Assembly (NCBI GenBank): GCA_951406725.2
Contig: OX597816.1
Coordinates: 163,556,001 to 163,620,000 of the forward strand
DNA: 64,000 bases
Direction: 5' to 3'
From: Octopus vulgaris
Lineage: Eukaryota
Shown piece after piece: positions 18,713 to 33,850 of this stretch (the first letter of the stretch is position 1; each line of letters begins with the position of its first letter). Position numbers and translations under genes: made by a program. The notes below the pieces were generated by a model. That model was not told the origin of the DNA. It worked only from the letters and a program-made list of their open reading frames with translations, and did not search any database.

Positions 18713-19599
18713 TCACGTGTATATATACGTACACCACAGATCTTTCACAATAATTTTCATTGTCACTTCATCATCAACGTTGTCAACGTCAGCCTTGTCC
18801 CAATGACGACGGCGACGATGGTGGTGGTGATGGTGGTGGTGGTGGTAATAGTGGGAGTGAGATGGTGAAGAAATTGAAGGAGTTGAAGGAAGAGGAAGGG
18901 GAGACCGACGAGGGGTGCAAAGAGAATAAGGAACAGCAGGGTGGGAACGTTGTTGATGATGATGATGATGATGATGATGCGCAGGCAAAACCGAATTGAG
19001 ACTTAGTGAATGAAATATCTGACGAGACAGAACACATTCATCTCTGAGATAAAAAGAGAAAGAAAGAAAGAAAGAGTCTGAGGTAATTAGATTTCTTCTC
19101 TTGGTGCCATTTTGTCTAAGATTCAATTCCTTCGTGCCTCATCTGATGTCACAAGTTCAGCTGCAAGCACACCACCATAAGATGAAGAGACATTTCATTC
19201 TTAATATATTCATGTATGGATATGAATGTATCTATATCAAACAACAGACATACATTTGGTCTTCAACGCTAGACTCTATCTCGCTTGTGACAGCCTCGTT
19301 TTGGTGTTCAGCGTCTTGCATTTATCAGCAAAACATGCGTGTTACTTGCTAATCTATGGGAATCTGAAGAACCGGTCGTTTCTGCCAATGACGAACTAAA
19401 ACTGCTTGGACCATTGAAAAGTATTTGTGAAAACATCGGTTTGATGTTTGTATATTCAATTGTATATCTTGCTAAATACACAAACACACACACACTCACG
19501 GACATAGACACACACAAACACACACACACACACACACAGACACACACACACACACACGCACACACACACAGATACGTATAGAAAGATAGAAAGAGAGAG

Positions 19600-19676
19600 A
19601 ATACAGAAAAATAGATTGACAGACAGAAAGACAGAAAGACAGACAGACAGATAGACAGATAGACAGATAGACAGAC

Positions 19677-19755
<79 letters not shown>

Positions 19756-19760
19756 CAGAC

Positions 19761-19831
<71 letters not shown>

Positions 19832-19859
19832 AAGATAGATAGGTAGATAGATATAGATG

Positions 19860-19930
<71 letters not shown>
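19600..19930. repeat. (GATA/GACA)n microsatellite
   Basis: Direct inspection. Confidence 0.95.
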
Positions 19931-20268
19931 GGGCGGGAAACAGACAGGCAGACTGATAGAGAAATAGATAGGTAGACAGACAGGGTAGGGAGAGATACAG
20001 ACAGACAGACAGATAGACAAACAGAAAGACAGGAGACAGACAGATTTTCGCACCAGGCAGATATTCTTTTAACTGCGCATGCATGTTTATGCACATGCAA
20101 GTATAGTAACTTGTTTGTGTGTGTGTGTGTGTGTGTATGTGTGTGTGTGTGTGTCTGTGTGTGTGAGTTTGTGTGTTGTGAAGGTCTGTGTATGTGACTG
20201 TGAGTGGTGATAGCCACATCTTTCTAGATTTCATAATGAATACACATGTGTGTGTGTATTGTTGTTTG

Positions 20269-20400
20269 TTCCTTCTCGAGCGATGCCTGGCTCATAAGGG
20301 CCGGTTTCCTGGATTCATTGGCGTATATGTTCCCCACCTGGACGGGTCGCAGGTGAGCTGCTAGATGCAGGAGGAAAGAGTGAGAGAAAGTTGTGTCGAA
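20269..20400 (-). mobile_element. SINE family D, 3' fragment
   Basis: Matches 36872-37010 (gcctggctcataag.gccggtttcc...gatgcaggaggaa). Confidence 0.75.
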
Positions 20401-20660
20401 AAAACTACACAGGACAGGACGAGGCACGTGGTATGTAGAGTCGCAGAAGAGGTCACAGGAGGTATAATGTAAGATTTGCAGACAAAAGGACAAAGAACGT
20501 TAATAAAACGTGGGTGAATAACGAATATATATAGTGAGTGTGATTTTTTGCCAACCAAAAAAAGAAAAAGAATGACCGTTCTGAAATAGGACAATATATA
20601 TATATATATATATGTCTTCCACCTGCCTTCGTCTTTTGTCTATTTTCATAAAGCTTCCCG

Positions 20661-20701
<41 letters not shown>

Positions 20702-20887
20702 ACATTTATTTAATGTTCTTCCAACAGGTAAGATGAAATTTTTTGTGCTTGCAGCCCATTAACATTTTGCCAGTATATGTATACAGTGAAGCTTTACTAT
20801 AGCGTCGTTTATTATCGATAGTTATTTCCAGGAAATATTGGTCCATTGTTGTACCACTATCTTATATATATATATATATATATACCA

Positions 20888-21043
20888 CAGGTTCCTTTTA
20901 GTTTCTGCCTACCAAATCTACTCACAATACTTTGATCTGCCCGAACCTATAGTAGAAGGCACGTGCACAATGTGTCATATAGTGAGACTGAACTCTGAAC
21001 CAAAATGGCTGGAAAACAAGCTTCTTACCACGCAGCCACGCCT
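20888..21043 (-). mobile_element. SINE family A, 5' half, diverged
   Basis: ctaccaaatctactcacaa...cttcttaccacgcagccacgcc. Confidence 0.75.
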
Positions 21044-22111
21044 TAAATCCTTATATTCTCTAATTTAGTCCTAGAATATGGCTTAGTCTTTTACTCTTCC
21101 GTTAACGTGACGTTAACTACAAATGGCCAACAAGTTTTCACATCAGGAAGCACAACATCATATTCACGATCCCAAATAACAATGTCAGTTCGCTTCGCTT
21201 TCACTTCATTTTGCAGGACTATATTTTTAGCATCTTAGTCTTCCATTCCTCTTAAGGTCCATCGGTTTCGCTGAAACAATTCTGTTATTCCCATTCTGAG
21301 ATATTTTACCGTTTCCTATAGCACTCCAGGTTGTTTTTACGTCGATGCCAACCATATCTTGTTGGAAGGTAATATTTGATGACATTCTCTCACGGTTCAC
21401 TACACAGTGGCTATTCTCCATTTTAAATCTTCACCATAATCTTTATTGGTTATTTCTGTTAGTATTTTAAGAGAATAGCTTTCCGTGCTTAGTCTTCAGT
21501 GAATTAAAATTCTGCTTACGTTTGCGTAAACATACACACACACAGACACTCCTACCTACATTGATATATATATGTGTGTGAGTGTGTGAGTGTCTGTACT
21601 TGTGTCTGAACGTGCTTGTGTGTGTTTGTTTCTACCTGAATTTACATATATGTATAATCAACCTCTCGGCATGTGAATTGACACGTGCACTTATGCTCTC
21701 GTCTGTGTCAGTGAGAGCACGTCTCTGAGTGTGTGTCTTAGCGTGAGTTCGTATGTTGATGTGTATTACATATATACATACATAAATCAAAATATATATA
21801 TACATTTGTATATGTGTGTGTATATGTGTGTGTATATGTGTGTGTATGATCCCATGTTGCACATTGATTTGAGAAGGAAAAGAAACGATACAAAGCTATA
21901 CAAAAGAATTCCATATTCAAAGATAGGGAGAATAGAGAAGGAGGAATAAAGAAGTAGAGAGTGAGGGGAGGAGTCAGGGGAGATAAATAAACAGCGAGGT
22001 TGTGGAATCATAGAGAATGAGAGAGAAAAGCGGTTGTCAGGTAACTAAGATTTCTCACTCGACGAGACTGCCATTGAAATATGACTTTATACTGGTCAAT
22101 CTTTTACTCTT

Positions 22112-22312
22112 TTACTCTTTTATTTGTTTCAGTCATGTGACAGTGACCATGCTGGAGTACCGCCATTGATCGAGCAAATCGACCCCAGGACTTATTCTTT
22201 GTAAGCCTAGGACTTATTCTATCGGTCTCTTTTGCCGAACCGCTAAGTTACGGGGACGTAAACACGCCAGCATCGGTTGTCAAGCGATGTTGGGAGGGCA
22301 AATACACACACA

Positions 22313-22394
<82 letters not shown>

Positions 22395-22560
22395 TACGAC
22401 GGGCTTCTTTCAGTGTCCGTATACCAAATCCACTCACAAGGCTTTGGTCGGCCCGAGGCTATAGTAGAAGACACTTGCCCAAAGTGCCACGCAGTGCAAC
22501 TGAACCCGGAACCATGTGGCTGGTAAGCAAGCTACTTACCACACAGCCACTCCAGCACCT
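22112..22560 (-). mobile_element. SINE family A, full length
   Basis: Complete reverse-complement match including the internal (CA)n(TA)n. Confidence 0.9.
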
Positions 22561-22562
22561 AT

Positions 22563-22786
22563 GTATAAGAGCCCTGGGAGCAGTGAGCAAAAATCTCGAG
22601 AAGTACGTGGAACAAATAAGGGCTGCAACAAGGGTGGAGCACTTGCAGAAAACAGCACTGCTTGGAACCGCTCGAATACTGCGGAAGGTGCTCGAAAAAT
22701 AAGAGGTGTTACCTTAATTCACTGGTAGTGAACAACTGACACCACAGTACACCTCCAGCGTTAGAAGCTGTGCAAAGGCAATAAAA

Positions 22787-22790
<4 letters not shown>
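22563..22790 (+). mobile_element. 3' end of R4/Dong-clade non-LTR retrotransposon
   Basis: ALGAVSKNLEKYVEQI...LQKTALLGTARILRKVL* is the typical restriction-like endonuclease C-terminus; short 3' UTR, then (TAA)n. Confidence 0.8.
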
Positions 22791-23600
<810 letters not shown>

Positions 23601-23601
23601 G

Positions 23602-23922
23602 CTAACTCAGATACCAGGAAACCCAAAAATGGCAGAAATTCAAAAGATAGTGCTCATGGGAACTGCTCATATCCTAGGCAAAATACTTTCTATGTAATCT
23701 CAAGGTTTAAAACAAACATAATTTTCGATTTAAAAAAAAAAAAAAAAATTTTTTTTTTTTAGACGTTCATTAGTACAACACCAAAAACTCCCCCCCCAAA
23801 AAAAAATATATATGGCACACTAGGCATAACAACAACATGAACTTCCAACCTGTTGTCTCTTGAGGTCTCTGGGTGAGACTTGGAGCCAACTTGTACAAAT
23901 ATAAAGCAAAAGTCAAACATAG

Positions 23923-23925
<3 letters not shown>
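23602..23925 (+). mobile_element. 3' end of a second R4/Dong family
   Basis: TQIPGNPKMAEIQKIVLMGTAHILGKILSM*; the 3' UTR ends in (TAA)n and the fragment is embedded in the TAA array. Confidence 0.75.
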
Positions 23926-23953
<28 letters not shown>

Positions 23954-24052
23954 CCAACCCCCCCCCCCCAAATATATGGCACACTAGGCATAACTAGGCG
24001 CGCTAACGATTCTACCAGCTCACTGCCTTAATAATAATGATGATGATGATGC

Positions 24053-24095
<43 letters not shown>

Positions 24096-24099
24096 CATG

Positions 24100-24136
<37 letters not shown>

Positions 24137-24599
24137 CAACAACAATAACAACAACGATAACTGCAACAACCACAGCAGCATTAATAATAGTAATAATAAG
24201 TTATGATAGAATTTAAGATATGAAAAGTGTAGAGAGGAAAAACGTTGGGAAGTAATTATATCCAGAGAAAGATATAAGATAAGAAATAATGTGTAGATAA
24301 CAGTAATAGTTAGATATAGCAGACGTTGGGAAAATGAAAATTAAAAATCTAATATGGAGGAATATTTTAGAGAATTAAGAAGATTAATATTAGTTCTTAA
24401 AAATGGTAAAAATAAGACTGTAAAAAGGAATATTTTAGAAATTCACTCTTCCTCTCACTCTCCCTTTCTATCTTTCTATTTGTCTATATATCTTTATCTA
24501 TCTATCTGTTTATCTATTTATCTAGTTACCTATCTTCCTTTCTAGTTACCTTTTTCCTTTTCCCCTTTTTCCCCCTTTTTTCTTCTTTTTTCATTTCTC

Positions 24600-24835
24600 T
24601 TTTCTTTTGTTCCTTTTCCTTTTCTTTTTTTATATTTTTTTCTCTTTTTTTTGTTCTTTTCTTCCCTTTTACGATCCCTCTTGATCAAAAACCTACGCCA
24701 CCCCTTTTTTTATTTTGTTTCTTTTGTTTTTTGTTTTTTTCATCCCCCAAAAGAAAAGCTTTACCTTGTAACTTGTCCCATCTGTGTGCAGCCCTGTGTG
24801 GCCAATAAAGAAACTTATCTATCTATCTATCTATC
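24600..24835 (+). mobile_element. 5'-truncated 3' UTR of the Tx1-type LINE (same family as 62341-64000)
   Basis: agctttaccttgtaacttgtcccatctgtgtgcagccctgtgtggccaataaagaaac matches the reverse complement of 62341-62400; followed by (TCTA)n. Confidence 0.85.
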
Positions 24836-25301
24836 TTCGTACAAGCATCAATCCAGTTCTGTGGGAATATATTGTGGAATATCAAGCATTCTACAGAATG
24901 CCGATCTCACGTGTATATCTTAAAGGTGATAAAATCAACCATAAGCAGCTACCACTTTTCACATAGAAATCACAGGGTGATGCATTTCGTTTCCTTCTCT
25001 TTGTTGCTGGGTAGTTAACAGCAGTAGTAACTGGCTGTTAGTGAAAACAGCAGCTGGTAGGATTGTTTGCGATAGCAACAGCAGCTCGGGCTCTCAGTGG
25101 CTAGTAATTCATTTAAATTTATTTTTCCTTTCATTTAAGCATGACTAGATCGTCTTTTAAAGGGACTGAAACTGGTAGCGATTTTTTAAAAATGTAAATA
25201 TTATGTTAAATTTGTTCCTTGTCTGCTCAGTGTATTTTTTTTTTTTTTCAGTATAGATTTACTCGTGAAAAACTCTTTAACTGTATACATACATACATAC
25301 A

Positions 25302-25333
<32 letters not shown>

Positions 25334-25352
25334 CACGGGATGAAAAAGAGCC

Positions 25353-26250
25353 TTGACCTCAAAGGATATAGGGCTGGAGTTTGGTCAGGATAAATGTTGT
25401 TATATGGTTGTGAAAAGAGGGAAAACTGTAAACCAGACTAGCAGCATCTCTATCAATGAATTAACTGTTTTCCCTGTATCTGACGAGGACAGGTATCTAG
25501 GGGTGGATGAAAACATATCTTACAATGGCACATGTAACAAAACACGTATCTATAAAGAATATTACAGCCGAATAAAGAAAACTTGGACCTCAGAACTCTC
25601 TGCATTCAATAAAACAGTGGCCCACAATGTGTTTGCACTGCCTCTACTCATACCAACATTTAGGCTGCTTGATTGGACGCTTGATGAGATCCGAACTATT
25701 GATGTAAAAACCTGAAATATGCTAACAAGCACACATCGATCCAAAATACCTTTCAATGTTGTATTAAAACCCTTCGGCAACATCTTTTAACCACCAAGTG
25801 TCGGAGTGCATCTCTTGACCAAATTTGCATATGTGAGGCTGATAACATCATAAGACTTGAGAGGCAGCTCCTCCAGCAGCATTCCTTGTCTGATAACATT
25901 AAACACATGCCCAAAGAAGTCGCACGAGTCTTCCGCAACGTGCCATCAGGTGAAAAGATGAGCCTATATGAGCAGAAAACTATGCATGGACATGTTAGTA
26001 GAAAGCTCCGAGGTAATAGTAATATTGATCATCAAACTAGTCCGTCATGGACCAATAGCCGGATTGCTACCTCCCATTTGAAGGATATGTGTTTGCAATC
26101 TAGGAACAGGAAACATGAACCAAATACCTGATTCATAAAAGGGACCAAATACCTGATTCACAAAAGGGACAGAAATGCAGAAAAGCAGTAAAATGTGACA
26201 ACCGATGCAAACTTCGTGGAGTTGACACCTAAGATATAACCCACATCAGA
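25353..26250 (+). pseudogene. Decayed R4/Dong-clade RT C-terminal region, copy 1
   Basis: DIGLEFGQDKC, RYLG, WTSELSAFNK, DWTLDEIRTIDVKT; stops and frameshifts downstream. Confidence 0.85.
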
Positions 26251-26355
26251 ATTTGCTATCAACAAGCATATTCCAGGATAGTAGTTTATCTGTAATGCTG
26301 TTTGTATTGACAGTGAACCCCTTGTTAGCCCTGTTAGCAAAATGCCAAGGCTAAA

Positions 26356-28060
26356 ATGTTGGGATATGCAGAGAAGAATAAAATTAATGACACCCGCACA
26401 TTTTTTGTCGATGACCTAAAATCATATTCTGGTTACATGACGAATATCAAGAGACAACTAGAACTAATCACAACATTCTCACGAGATATAAGAATGGTGT
26501 TGGGGCAAGATAAATGTTCATACATGATAGTCAACCGAGGACAGATTGTCGACCAGGCAAAAAACATGTACATCAACGGCTTGTCTATCTCTAATGATAA
26601 AAGCTACAAGCACCACAAAATCGATGAGAATGTTGCATACATTGGTGTTGTGAATAACAAAAGAGTGCTTCTGTAGCCTCTGAGCTGATTGCATTTAACA
26701 AGACCATATTTTACAGTGCTTTTGCATACCATTGATAGCACTAACATTTAGGATATTTAAACTGGGCACTCGATGAGATATACAGCCTAGACATCAAAGT
26801 AAGAAAGGCACTGACCACATTAACAGCGGTACCGATAAGATTTATAAGAGACGCAGTGTTGGCGGTAGAGGTATAAAGGTCAGTCCAAACAGCCATTGAA
26901 TGTTACATTGTATCGCTCATACACTTTCGGAACTGTAAAGAAATAAATGAAGCCAATCCATGCATACTCAAAACTGAGAGATACATCTTTAGAGTTGGGG
27001 AAGAACTACGGTGGAGATACTGTGACAGTACAACTGCCACATGCGATCCAAAGGAGGTGGAACAGACCTACCTAAACAGACAGAATTAGACATCATAGCA
27101 GCTAAAAGTAATGCTTGGGTACATATCTCGGAAGCTAGAGAGCAACAACAGCCTTGATAGGAAGAGTAGCCTCCCTGGGGCCGGCGATAGATACATTAGA
27201 TCCCACCTGTAAGGATATGCCTTCGCTATCCAGGAACAGGAAGTAGGTACTAAATACCTGACAAACAAGGACAAAGATACTACCAAACTTCCACGTTGTG
27301 ATAAAAAATGTCGGCTCTGCTTTATACCAGTGTGTAAGATTTCACCCACATCATCAGCAGTTACCCCAAAATGTCAACGAGACACTACCTGCCCCTGAGG
27401 CATGATATAGTTGCGAAGACGATCTACAATGCTATCTGCAGTAAGGACTACCCTGACGTATAGATCAAAGGCATGTCAGAACCAGCAGGTATTCACACCT
27501 TTAAAAACAAGGAATACTGGTGGAACACCCCAATAAAAGCATTAGTTCAGTGCAAACATAATAAACCTGATAATATTCCGTGGGTCAGTGAACAAAAGCC
27601 ATGCACTGTTGTAGAGATCAACTGCCCAGCGGATGTGAATGTAAAATCTAAAGTCCAGGTAAACGCAGATATTCATAGCAAATGCTCTTGTATCATAAAT
27701 ATCACAGGTATATTATCACAGGTATATTAGGTTATGTACAAACAAATTTGCTCAAAAACCTAGAAATACTCGTTTTTACGGAGAAAGAGCAAAAGTAACT
27801 GACGCAGCCTTCCAAGTCTAATCTATTAGTGGAACAGTGAAGACTTGTAAGACATTCCAAAATTAATTTCTCCAAGTGAGATTCTTATGTGAAGAGATGC
27901 AGAACAGACATTTTGGTGTACACATCAAGAGTACAACGAACGCATCAACTAAACCACATACGTACAGACACTGGGAACTCTCTGAGCCCAAAGTCTTGTT
28001 GTTTTGTTAGCAGCCAGGTTGAACTCTCTAAAAGAGATCTTAAGTGAAAATCAAAGAAAA
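26356..28060 (+). pseudogene. Decayed R4/Dong-clade retrotransposon (RT + CCHC + REL endonuclease + 3' UTR), copy 2
   Basis: FFVDDLK, FSRDIRMVLGQDKC, FAIQEQEVGTKYL, KCRLC, HII..RHDIVAK, WWN..KHNKPD..VEINCP; frameshifted. Confidence 0.85.
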
Positions 28061-28096
28061 ATCATACATACATATATATATATATATGTGTATATG

Positions 28097-28152
<56 letters not shown>

Positions 28153-28358
28153 TGATCATGAAGTCTTATAAATGCTTATAAATTATTTTATTATTCTGTA
28201 TACAGACGATACAGAAAGAACATTCACGTGAAATTGTAAAAGCTTGTGAAGTCTTTTTCAGATTCAAATATACATATATACATACGTGCACGCATACATA
28301 CATACATACATACATACATACATACATACATACATACATACATACGTACGTACGTATG

Positions 28359-28404
<46 letters not shown>

Positions 28405-28539
28405 CATGTATATATATATATATATATATATGTATATACATGCACACACAAACACACGCACACACATATATACATATACACATATACATATATATACATA
28501 TAAATATATACATAGATTCAAATATACATACATATATAC

Positions 28540-28656
<117 letters not shown>

Positions 28657-29081
28657 GAGAGAAAGAATTGGCTGAGCAAGAGAGATAGGGGGTTAGAAAA
28701 ACATCGAACGTTCAACGGAGAGAACAGAGAAAGTAAGAAAGTGTGTACACATGTTTGTGAAATTACCATTGTCGGCCATTTCTATGTAGCATCTTTAACA
28801 GCTTTCGCAAGCAACAGAGATAATGGCCTTACAAACAAGCAAAGAAAGGAATTGCAGAGTAAAAATGACGATAACAGACACGTAAGAAAGAATAAGCTGC
28901 GTCTATTTACAGTTGTTTGGGTGCATTTATGGCGATGCTAATGTACTTAATATATAAAAATCATGTACACTCCAATATATTCAAGCAAATACTCGCATTC
29001 ACTTGTAAAGCAGACGATAACGGGTGACGCGTACTTTTGGAGAACATCGTCTGTTCATACTAGTGATTGTTATGGTATTAT

Positions 29082-29166
<85 letters not shown>

Positions 29167-29437
29167 CGAGAGAGGGCGAGAGATAGAGAGGGAGATTCAA
29201 ATGTTTGAGATTTTAGATCACGCCGTTTGAATTCATCATTAGTAGCTGTTTCACTTGTTCTGCATCGTTGCAAAAATATGAAGGTCAATTTATCTCATCC
29301 CCATTTATGCAAAAGACAGGTTGGCTTGTTGTTTCCATTGAAACTCGAGTCTGTTGTAATCAATCAGGCTTATCAACAAAGGCACTCCAGCCGTGTCTGT
29401 CCCATTTTAAAGCGGTATATATATATATTACTATTGT

Positions 29438-29672
29438 AAGGCGGCGAGCTGGCAGAAACGTTAGCACGTCGGGCGAGATGCGTAGCCGTATTTCGTCTGC
29501 TGTTTACGTTCTGAGTTCAAATTCCGCCGAGGTCGACTCTGCCTTTCATCCTTTCGGGGTCGATAAATTAAGTACCAGTTATGCACTGCGGTCAATGTAA
29601 TCAAATTAAGCCGTTTGTCTGTCTTGTTTGTCCTCTCTGTATTTAGCCCCTTGTGGGTAGTAAAGAAATAGG
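29438..29672 (+). mobile_element. SINE family B monomer with TSD
   Basis: Full head and body; flanking duplication ggtat(at)n-attactattg. Confidence 0.9.
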
Positions 29673-29686
29673 TATATATATTACTA

Positions 29687-30251
29687 TTGGGTTGTCCGGA
29701 ATATTTGTGCCGATTTATAGTAGCTTACCTTTCGACTTGTTTTAGAACATGGTTGAATCCATAAAATAGGATTTGACTGCACCTCCATTTAGAGCACAGT
29801 TTAAACTATCTTTTCGCGGAAGAAAGTTTATGTTCCTATAACCTGTGTTAATTCTGTAACCCTTTAAAGAGGAAGATAAGAAAGTTCATTTTCGGTATTG
29901 ATGCTTTGGGAACCAGACAAAAATTGCTGTAGCTCGGCTGGGATGTGTTCCCCCACCCTCCATATTCACTAGATATTGCTCGTTCGGATTTCCACTTATT
30001 CGGGTCCCTGCAGAATAGTCTTAATGGTAAAAATTTCAATTCCTTGGATGACATAAAAAGATACCTTGATGAATTATTTGCCATGAAACCACCTCAATTC
30101 TGGGAATAGGATATTTTCAAGTTAAAGGAAAGATGGAGACGCATTGTGCAACAAAATGGTTCATATTTGGTTGATTAAAAATGTAATGGCAAGTATTTAT
30201 TGACCTTTTTCTTTCCTTTAAAAATCGGCACGAACTTTCCGGACAGCCCAA
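29687..30251 (+). mobile_element. Internally deleted mariner transposon
   Basis: TIRs ttgggttgtccggaa..gtgccgattt / aaatcggcacgaactttccggacagcccaa; transposase remnant GWDVFPHPPYSLDIARSDFHLFGSLQNSL...LKERWRRIVQQNGSY. Confidence 0.9.
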
Positions 30252-30279
30252 CAGATTATTTCATGAGAGTTTTCCTCAC

Positions 30280-30862
30280 TTTAACATTTTTGTTGCTTTA
30301 TTTCTGTTGAAATACATAGTCTGCTTCTGTTTCAATTAATTTTGAAAATAACGAATAAATTCGTTAAATTAACTGTCATTATTAAGTTTGGGACATAAAT
30401 TAACCCATTTGTTACTAAGCTTCTAATTAAAAATCAATATTTAAATGGGAAAGAATTTAGTAAAATATTTGGGTCATTATTAATCCAGAGTAAGGCGACG
30501 AGGTGGCAGAATCGTTAGTACTCCGGGCAAAATGCTTAGCAGCCTTTCGTCCGTTCAAATTCCGCCGGGGCCGAGTTTACCTTTCATCCTTTTGGGATCG
30601 ATAAGTAAAGAACCAGTGAAACACTGGGGTCGATGTAATTGACTAATCCCCTCTCCAAAATTTCAGGCTTCGTGCCAATAGTAGAAAGGATTATTAATCC
30701 GATGTTTCGAAAATTATTTTTATGGAAGGTTTTAAATTTAGACCCCTTTAATCTTTTTGCATCCATATTTCTGTTGAAATACACTGTTTCTTGCTTCAAT
30801 TGATTCTTAAGATAATGAAGAATTTAGCAAACTAACTTTGGCATTCTTAAACTGAAGTTTAG
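30280..30862. repeat. AT-rich ~130-bp repeat units interrupted by SINE B (30492-30690)
   Basis: ctgttgaaatac..ttcaattaattttgaaaataacgaa..gtcattattaag recurs; related units at 37170-37620. Confidence 0.6.
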
Positions 30863-30902
<40 letters not shown>

Positions 30903-31472
30903 CCGGTTTCGCTATCGCTATTCATGATATTATGTTTTACTTATTTGAATATATATTTTTTCTTAAGAAGAAATTTTGTCCATGTTGTGTGTGATGAAAT
31001 TCACGAGTGAATGACTTCACAAGTAGATAAATAAACAGAGGTAATTGGTTGCCGTTATTATTGTTATTGTTGTGGGTTAGGGAGATAACTGTTCAGCTTT
31101 CGGTAATGGGAAAGGTATATATATGTGTACAGACAGAGACAAGTTTCAAAAACCTTGTTTAGTGAGGGAATTTATGTAGTGATGTAATCGTCAATTGAAA
31201 TATGTAAAAAGATAAAAGTTGGTTATGCGTGCATATTAAGACGTGTTTTGCATTTTTCAACGAAAAAAGTTTCTTTATTTAAACGTTCTTGCGGAGATAT
31301 TGTGTCTTTGCACTGGTAGAAGGGGAAGACCGTGAAATTTGGTTTGATGTTATCTGCACATTTTTCTGAGAGGAATTTGTCTGTATTGCAGGAAACGGAT
31401 TTGCTCTTTATGTAGAGTTGTTCTCTTTCTCAAGGTCATACTCGTTTGTCTAATATAGTGGTGTAAGGATTA

Positions 31473-32050
31473 TTACTCCCAGCTGTGGTCACCGCAGAAC
31501 ATCAGTTCCGTAGCAGAACTTGAGGCAATGCAACGCCACTACACAAAGGAGATTGACAAAGTGAACCACATGAGCTACTGAGAGAGGATACAAGAACTGA
31601 AGCTCTACTCACTGGAGGGAAGGCGAGAAAGCTATGCAGTGACATACATATGGAAGATTGTGGAAGATCTAGCTCCCAACTTTGGAATTAAAAGCTATAC
31701 CAATCACCAAACTGGACGGTACTGCATAGTACCAAAGTTAACGCCTTCTTCATCTCAGATAAGGACAAATATTGCATTACTTTGGGTATCAGGTGACCAT
31801 AAGTGTCTAACATTCTTCTAAGGAGCCTAAGAGATGTGCAAGATATACATGTGGAAACGTACAAAAAGCAACGGGTCAAATTTCCGTCTGAAATCCTAGA
31901 TGAACCCACATCGCGGCAGCAGAAACAAAGAAGAGTAGCATCGTCTAATTTGCTTCTTCACCAAAAACAGTACCGAAAGGAGACAGAAAAACACTGAGAG
32001 TCAGAGCTCCAGCATGGCCATAGCTTCTGGTTGAAAGCAGTATAAAAATA
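31473..32050 (+). pseudogene. CR1-clade LINE 3' fragment
   Basis: YSQLWSP..LEAMQRHYTK..MSY*ERIQELKLYSLEGRRE..YIWKIVEDLAPNFGI resembles the CR1 ORF2 C-terminus. Confidence 0.8.
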
Positions 32051-32212
32051 AAATTATATATTTACACACACACACACACACACTCAAATGCATGTATATA
32101 TATATATATATATATTTATATGTGGAGAGCGAGCAACACGTTTTATTAAATAATACAATTGTTTCATCACCACTTGCACCCAAACTGAAACAAATATATA
32201 TATATATATATA

Positions 32213-32260
<48 letters not shown>

Positions 32261-33050
32261 TATATATACATATATGCATATATTTATATATACGTATGGA
32301 TATACACATATATATATAATGTATAAGTAATATTTACGTGTGTGTGTGTTTATGTGTGTATACATATATATATTCTATACTTTTGGATTTAATTAAATTT
32401 CAGTGCTTACATTCAATTATATCAATCGCGTACATATTGGAAGAATATTCCACAAGACGAAATGAAATCCTAAGCAAAGCTTTATTCCTTGCACAAAATG
32501 GTCATTTGAAGAATTTTCTCATAAATTTCAGAACGACTACATTCCGGTGAAAAGCTGTTGTGAATCCGTCTCGAATTTGTTAATTTCCGGGAATGAAGAA
32601 CTGTGGGAATATGTGCAAAGGAATCTGGAAATATCTTTTAAAAATCTTCGGCATAAAAACTTATTTCTGAATTTTTGGTTTGAAAGAAGCGAATCTAAGA
32701 AGAAAATTTAGATTAAAAGGCATTTCAAATTTTCGACTATTATGTATATGTGTATATGTGTGAATGTTTGTATGAACGAAGGTGTATGTATGTGAGTATG
32801 TAGATAATTATATATGTTTATAGCTGCTTGCATGCATGCGTGAGTATCTGTCTCTTTATGAATTTATCTAAACGCACACGTAGATGCGTATTTATGTGTA
32901 TATGTATGCACATTCGAGACCATGGCAGTGTGTATATATCTCTATGAGTGCCACGGAGTGTGCGTGTGCTTCTGTATACATGTGTAAGTATATATATGTA
33001 TATATATATATATATATACATATATATATGTATATATGTATATATATATG

Positions 33051-33164
<114 letters not shown>

Positions 33165-33267
33165 TGTGAGTATATGAAGATTCCGTTACAGATTAGCATC
33201 TCTGAATATATATATGTGTGTGTGTAAATGCTTGTACATTCATATATATATACACATATATATATAC

Positions 33268-33352
<85 letters not shown>

Positions 33353-33546
33353 CATACATACATATATATATACATAGATGCAGAGAGAAAAATGAAAGAG
33401 ACGCATTATCCTGATATTTTTTTCACTCTTAGATCGGATTTAAAAGAATTATACAATCTTATCTCCAATTTTATGAATAATCCGAGCGAGTAAATTTGAA
33501 AATCTTACTGAGAAAAGGCAACGACTTCGAGAAATTACCATCGACA

Positions 33547-33588
<42 letters not shown>

Positions 33589-33757
33589 AGCATACCACTC
33601 GCATGTATTCATACACATACTATATCTAAAGTAGATAACTGTGAATATGTGTATGTATATATGTATGTATGTATGTATATATACATATATATATGTGTGT
33701 GTGTGTGTGTATACAAATATATACAAATATATATTTATATATACATATATATATGTA

Positions 33758-33788
<31 letters not shown>

Positions 33789-33793
33789 TATAC

Positions 33794-33850
<57 letters not shown>

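Noticed and set aside
21120-21420. Possible REL-endonuclease remnant (KRTDIVIWDRE) on the minus strand
   Set aside because: Only one short motif, with no supporting context.
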